Source of the DNA: Lama glama
Lineage: Eukaryota
Reading direction: 5' to 3'
Assembly (NCBI GenBank): GCA_028534125.1
Contig: CM052817.1
Coordinates: 374,001-438,000, forward strand
Length of the DNA stretch: 64,000 bases
The notes under the pieces were generated by a model. It saw nothing but the letters and a program-made list of their open reading frames with translations, was not told where the DNA came from and ran no database searches. The position numbers and the translations under genes were made by a program. Below, piece after piece: positions 59,849-64,000 of the stretch; within the stretch, counting starts at the first letter, position 1; each line of letters opens with the position of its first letter.

Positions 59849-61212
59849 CTCTGTGGCTGCAGCCACTCCTGGTGGTGCTTTGTCAGCCGTGGATCCGTTG
59901 CAGGTGACCCTGCTCCTGGTGTCTGGTTTCCTTGGGTAACCTTGTACATTGATTTCTGTGAGAAGTGACATGTGGCAGCCGCACTTGGACAGGTGACCAC
60001 AGCCAGCCCCAGGGAACAAGATAAAGAGACATCTGAACCTGGGGCCTGGCCAAGCAGGGCTACATCAGAGCTCCTCCAGCTCTGTTACTTGGAAGGACTT
60101 GGAAGTGTTCTCATGGATTGCAGGGCCACATGAGGCCAGGGGACCAGTGCCAGAGGCCACCATGAAGCCCCACACCTGGCAGGTGCCCAGCAGTGGCCCG
60201 AGCTGTGCTGTCATGACCAAAATGAAATGGCCGTTTTCTGGTTGTCTCCACTGCTGGGCAGGAGGTAGGGGAGGAGAAAGTGGAGGTCATGGGGGTGGGG
60301 AAAGAGCAGGTGTGCGCCTTTCGGGGGGTGGGGTGGGGCTGGGATGAAGGTATCTGGGGCTCGGAGGAGGCGCAAGCCCGCGTCTGATGGAGTCCTCACC
60401 CTGGGCGCCTCTCGGAGGCTGTTTTCTCCGTAAAAAACAGAAAGGAGTTAAAGTTGCTCGGTGTGAGGTATTAGCTTATTTTAGCTCTGGCACCCAGTGT
60501 TTCCTTTTTAAATGTTTTATTTTGAAATATTTATAGACTCACCAAAAGTTGCAAAACTAGTATAGAGAGGTCCCGTGTACCCACCGCCAGCGCCCCACAG
60601 TGGTAACGTCTGACACGACCAAGGTGCCGCCAGCTCGGTGGGGAGCCCGGAGGCACGATGAGCCAGACTGCGACCGTACGTGGGTGTCACCAGCTCTGCA
60701 CACACTCGTTTTTTTAAAATGTGAGTGTACTGTCAAAAAGTGCTTCAACAAGTAATCACGAACACTCTTGAACAGGCAGGAAAACAGGCCAAGACGCGGC
60801 GTCACTTCTGGATAAAGAGATTAGCGCTCTGTGGCCAGGTGGTTCCGCGGAGCTGCTCTTCAGCTAGGAGACGGGACGGGCGACCCAGGGCGGGCATCCA
60901 CAAGCGGGCAAGAAGTGGTGGTCCCTGCCTCGCAGCACATGGCAGGGCTGGAGGAGCCTGTGGCACCACGTCCTCAGTGCACAGCGGCACTCAGAGGGGG
61001 CGCCCTCGGTCGGCTTTTCTGCACCGGCTGGTCTGCTGCTGGATGCGCCCGGGCCAGGCCGTGGCGCCCAGCCCACGGTCTCCGCGTGTGACCTGCATTC
61101 AGCCACCCAGCCCAGGAGCCCACCTCCTTGCCCTCAGGGACCTGGCTCCCTGGGGGTTCAGTCTTTCCCTGCCTGTTGGCTGGTGCCCCCACCCCTGTCT
61201 CCCTCCCTGACC

Positions 61213-61537
61213 ACCAGTCTGTCTGGGCTGCTATGACAAAATGCCATAGACTGCATCGTTTGTAATCAGCAGACACTTATTTCTCATGGCTCTGGAGGCT
61301 GCAGGTCTGAGATCAGCACGCCAGCACAGTTGGGTTCTGCTTCAGGGCTGCAGCAAGGCTGTGTCCTCACTTGGCAGGTGACTGAAGGGGTGAGGGAGCC
61401 GGTGGGGTCACTTCTGTGAGGGCACTGGCCCCACACCTCACTCATCACCTCCCAAAGGCCCACCTCCTAGTACCATCACACTGGGCGTTAGGACTCCAGC
61501 CTGCGAATTTAGCTAGGGACACACTTAGACCACAGCG
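61213..61537. mobile_element. MaLR LTR (MLT1A-like)
   Basis: GGGCTGCTATGACAAAATGCCATAGACTG...TTATTTCTCATGGCTCTGGAGGCTG...CTCCCAAAGGCCCACCTCCTAGTACCATCAC. Confidence 0.8.
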
Positions 61538-61589
61538 ACTACCAATGCTTTCCTGGTGAGAAGGGCCACAGTGGTGTTTACAGTCGAGA

Positions 61590-61810
61590 CGTCAGGGCTG
61601 ATTCCGGGCTCACCTTCTCTGCCGCTGACCTTCGGTGTGACCTTGGACAAGCTCTCGAACTGCTCTCTGCCGTGGTTTCCCCCTCTGTAAAGCTAGGATA
61701 ACTCTAGGACCCCGTTTATAGGGTTGTTGTAAAGATCAGATGATACACGTGCAGAGAGTCAGAAACACTTGACCCGAGCACACGGAACGTTTCAGAAATG
61801 GTTGCTGCTA
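61590..61810 (+). mobile_element. MIR SINE
   Basis: Core GTGTGACCTTGGACAAG...GTTTCCCCCTCTGTAAAG...ATAGGGTTGTTGTAAAGAT. Confidence 0.7.
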
Positions 61811-62859
61811 CCGTGTTACAAACTGACATCCTGATGGTCTGGCCCGATGAGGTGTCTTCACTTCATCTCCACGCGCTTCCACAGAACCTTTCCCTGTGGA
61901 CATCTTTTAGTACACAAAACCAGAGAGTTCTGTGATGAGCCCCAATTCTGTTCATTTAACTGCCACACACACCAGACTCGCACTTTTCCTGGAGTATTTT
62001 AAAGCAAATTCCAGGCCAGAGGTCATTTTCACTCAGTTTTCCACGTGCATCTCTAACTAGTAAGGTCTTTACAAAACAATGTATCCGTCATGCCATTATG
62101 ACGCCTACAAAAAGTAGTAATTCCTTACGATCGTTTCAGCCAGTTCATGGTCAAGTGCCCCTGACGATCTGAAACGGTCTTCTTACAGCTGCTTCGCTTA
62201 ACTCGGCACCTGCTGGTTATGTCTCGTGAGTCTCTCATGCTGGGGGGCCCCTGCCCCCCACCCAGCCTTTGCCTCCCAGGGGGTCGTTGGAGAAAGGTTA
62301 CTTGCTCAGAGTGACCCGTATCCCGGTTGTAGGTGGGAGTGTCCCAGGCGTTGCTGGACCCAGGACCTGCCCACGAGCCCCCCAGGGTCCTTGGCAACGT
62401 GCAGGCATGTGGGTTCTGGGCCAGGCTGCCCATGGCCCGGCTCTGCGTGGCGAGGCTTGGTGCCTCCTTGTTTCCCACAGGCTGGTGTGTCTTGGGCCCA
62501 GACCTGGAGTGGGAGTGACGGGCTCAGGCTCCCTGTTGCCTCACAGCAGAGGTCGAGACCTGCTTTGAGGGTGGGCCCTGGGTGAGCTCAGTGCTGCCCA
62601 CTTGGGTACCCGGGTCTGGCTCCTGCTCAGCCGTTACCCGGTGGCTTTAACACCCAGTCAAGCTCTGTCCCTCCATCCATTATTTCCTCAGTGGGGGCTG
62701 TAAGGAAAGCGTTCCCTGTGACTGCACGGTTGCCCTGAAGTACCGTCTGTGTAGAAAGGGCAGGCGGCATGCTTGATTCTTCCCCTGCGATGATCAATTC
62801 TCAAAGTAACACCCCGCTGCCTTAGTAGCCTCCTGTGGTAGCCAGGGGGCCTTCGTCAG

Positions 62860-64000
62860 TGTGTCCTGATGACACTAGGTGTTTTGTTTTTCTGGGAATG
62901 TCTTAACTCCCCCCTCACCTTTGAAAGGCAGTTCTACCAGACTAGATTCTTGGTTGATGGAGGTTTCCTTCGGGCACCTTTAATACACTGGCGCTCTGGC
63001 CCTTAAGGTCTCTGCTGAGAAGTGCAGTGAGTCTGTCAAGGGTCCCTTGGATGTGACAGTCGCTGCTTTGGCTGTTTTTCAAAGTTCTCTCTTTGCCTTT
63101 GTCTTTGTTCTTTAGGGTTTTTTTGGTGGGGGGAGAAGGTAATTAGGTTTATTTTTAGAGGAGGTACTGGGGATTGAACCAGGACCTCATGCATGCTAAG
63201 CACGCGCTCTGCCCCTGAGCTGTACCCTCCCCCTCTTTGCCTTTGTCTTCAGAAGTTTGATTATAATGTGTCTTCTTTGGGGTCTCTGAACTCATTTTAC
63301 TTGGAATTCAGTGAGCTTCTTGGATGTTTATACTGATGTCTTTCATCAAATTTCAAATGTTTTCAGCCATCATTTCTTCAAGTATTCTCTGCCTTTTTCT
63401 TTCTCTTTGCCTTCTGGGACTCCCACAATGTGTATGTTGGTTCACTTGGCGGTGTCCCACAAGGCCCTTAGGCTCTGTTCATTTTTCTTCAATCTTTTTC
63501 CTTTCTGGTCTTCAAACTCTATAAATTCCATTGTCTTATCTTAAATTCACTGATTCTCCTACCTGCTGAAAATCTGCCTTTGAATTCTTCTAGTGGATTT
63601 TAAATTTCATTTATTATGCCTTTCAGCTCCAGAATTTCTTTTTGGTTTCTTTTTGGGGGTTTCGTCTCTTTATTGGTTTTTCTGTTTTGTTCACACATCC
63701 TTTTCTTGATTTTCTCCACATCTTCCTTTAGTTCTTTGAACATCTTTGAAGCAGTCATTTTAAAGTCTTTGTCTCCAGTGTACTTGCCATTAGATCTTTT
63801 TCAAGAATGGTTTCTGTGATTTGTTTTTCCTTTGCATAGTCCATTCTTTCCTGTTTATTTGTGTGCCTTGTGATTTTGTTGTCGCTACTGAACATGAACA
63901 TTTGGGTCTGGTAGCACGGTAATTCTGGGCACCAGGCGACCTCCTTCTCTGAGGTTTCCTGTTTTGTGTTGTCATTGCTGTTGTGGATAGCTGTCGGCTG
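62860..64000 (-). mobile_element. Old L1 ORF1 region, interrupted by a SINE, running off the window end
   Basis: CTAGATTCTTGGTTGA..., TTTTCAGCCATCATTTCTTCAAGTATT, CCTTCTGGGACTCCCACAATG. Confidence 0.8.
63106..63232 (-). mobile_element. tRNA-Ala-derived camelid SINE (Vic-1 type) with 17-bp TSD
   Basis: A/B-box body plus AAATAAACCTAATTACC tail; TSD CTCTTTGCCTTTGTCTT at 63089-63105 and 63233-63249. Confidence 0.9.

Noticed and set aside
1..64000. Prokaryote-type systems (CRISPR arrays, operons, IS elements)
   Set aside because: Intron-exon genes and mammalian repeats throughout; no regularly spaced repeat arrays seen

Overview
Mammalian genomic DNA, very probably a camelid, judged from two tRNA-Ala-derived Vic-1-type SINEs. 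Two intact protein-coding genes lie in tandem on the minus strand. TMED11 (p24-alpha1/gp25L) has 5 exons at 59848->37500 encoding 216 aa and is a pseudogene in human. The meiotic crossover gene RNF212 has 12 coding exons at 35872->17228 encoding about 274 aa, with a CpG-island promoter. I reconstructed the exons by eye: splice dinucleotides and phases are consistent, except the last RNF212 intron, which needs a GC donor. Bases 1-36.6 kb are very GC-rich, and almost all long ORFs in the supplied track there are compositional noise. Bases 36.6-58 kb are mostly AT-rich and dominated by nested L1s. Notable observations: (i) a truncated class I ERV (LTR end, tRNA-Ile PBS, decayed gag matrix) in sense orientation in RNF212 intron 5; (ii) a CpG-rich, frameshifted retrocopy-like element just downstream of RNF212 with BIK/BH3-only-like architecture, parent unconfirmed; (iii) a possible divergent spliced transcript from the RNF212 island; (iv) TMED11->RNF212 read-through geometry; (v) unusual nested or chimeric L1 insertions. 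Homology calls rest on recalled sequences, not database searches, and repeat boundaries are approximate unless a TSD is given.
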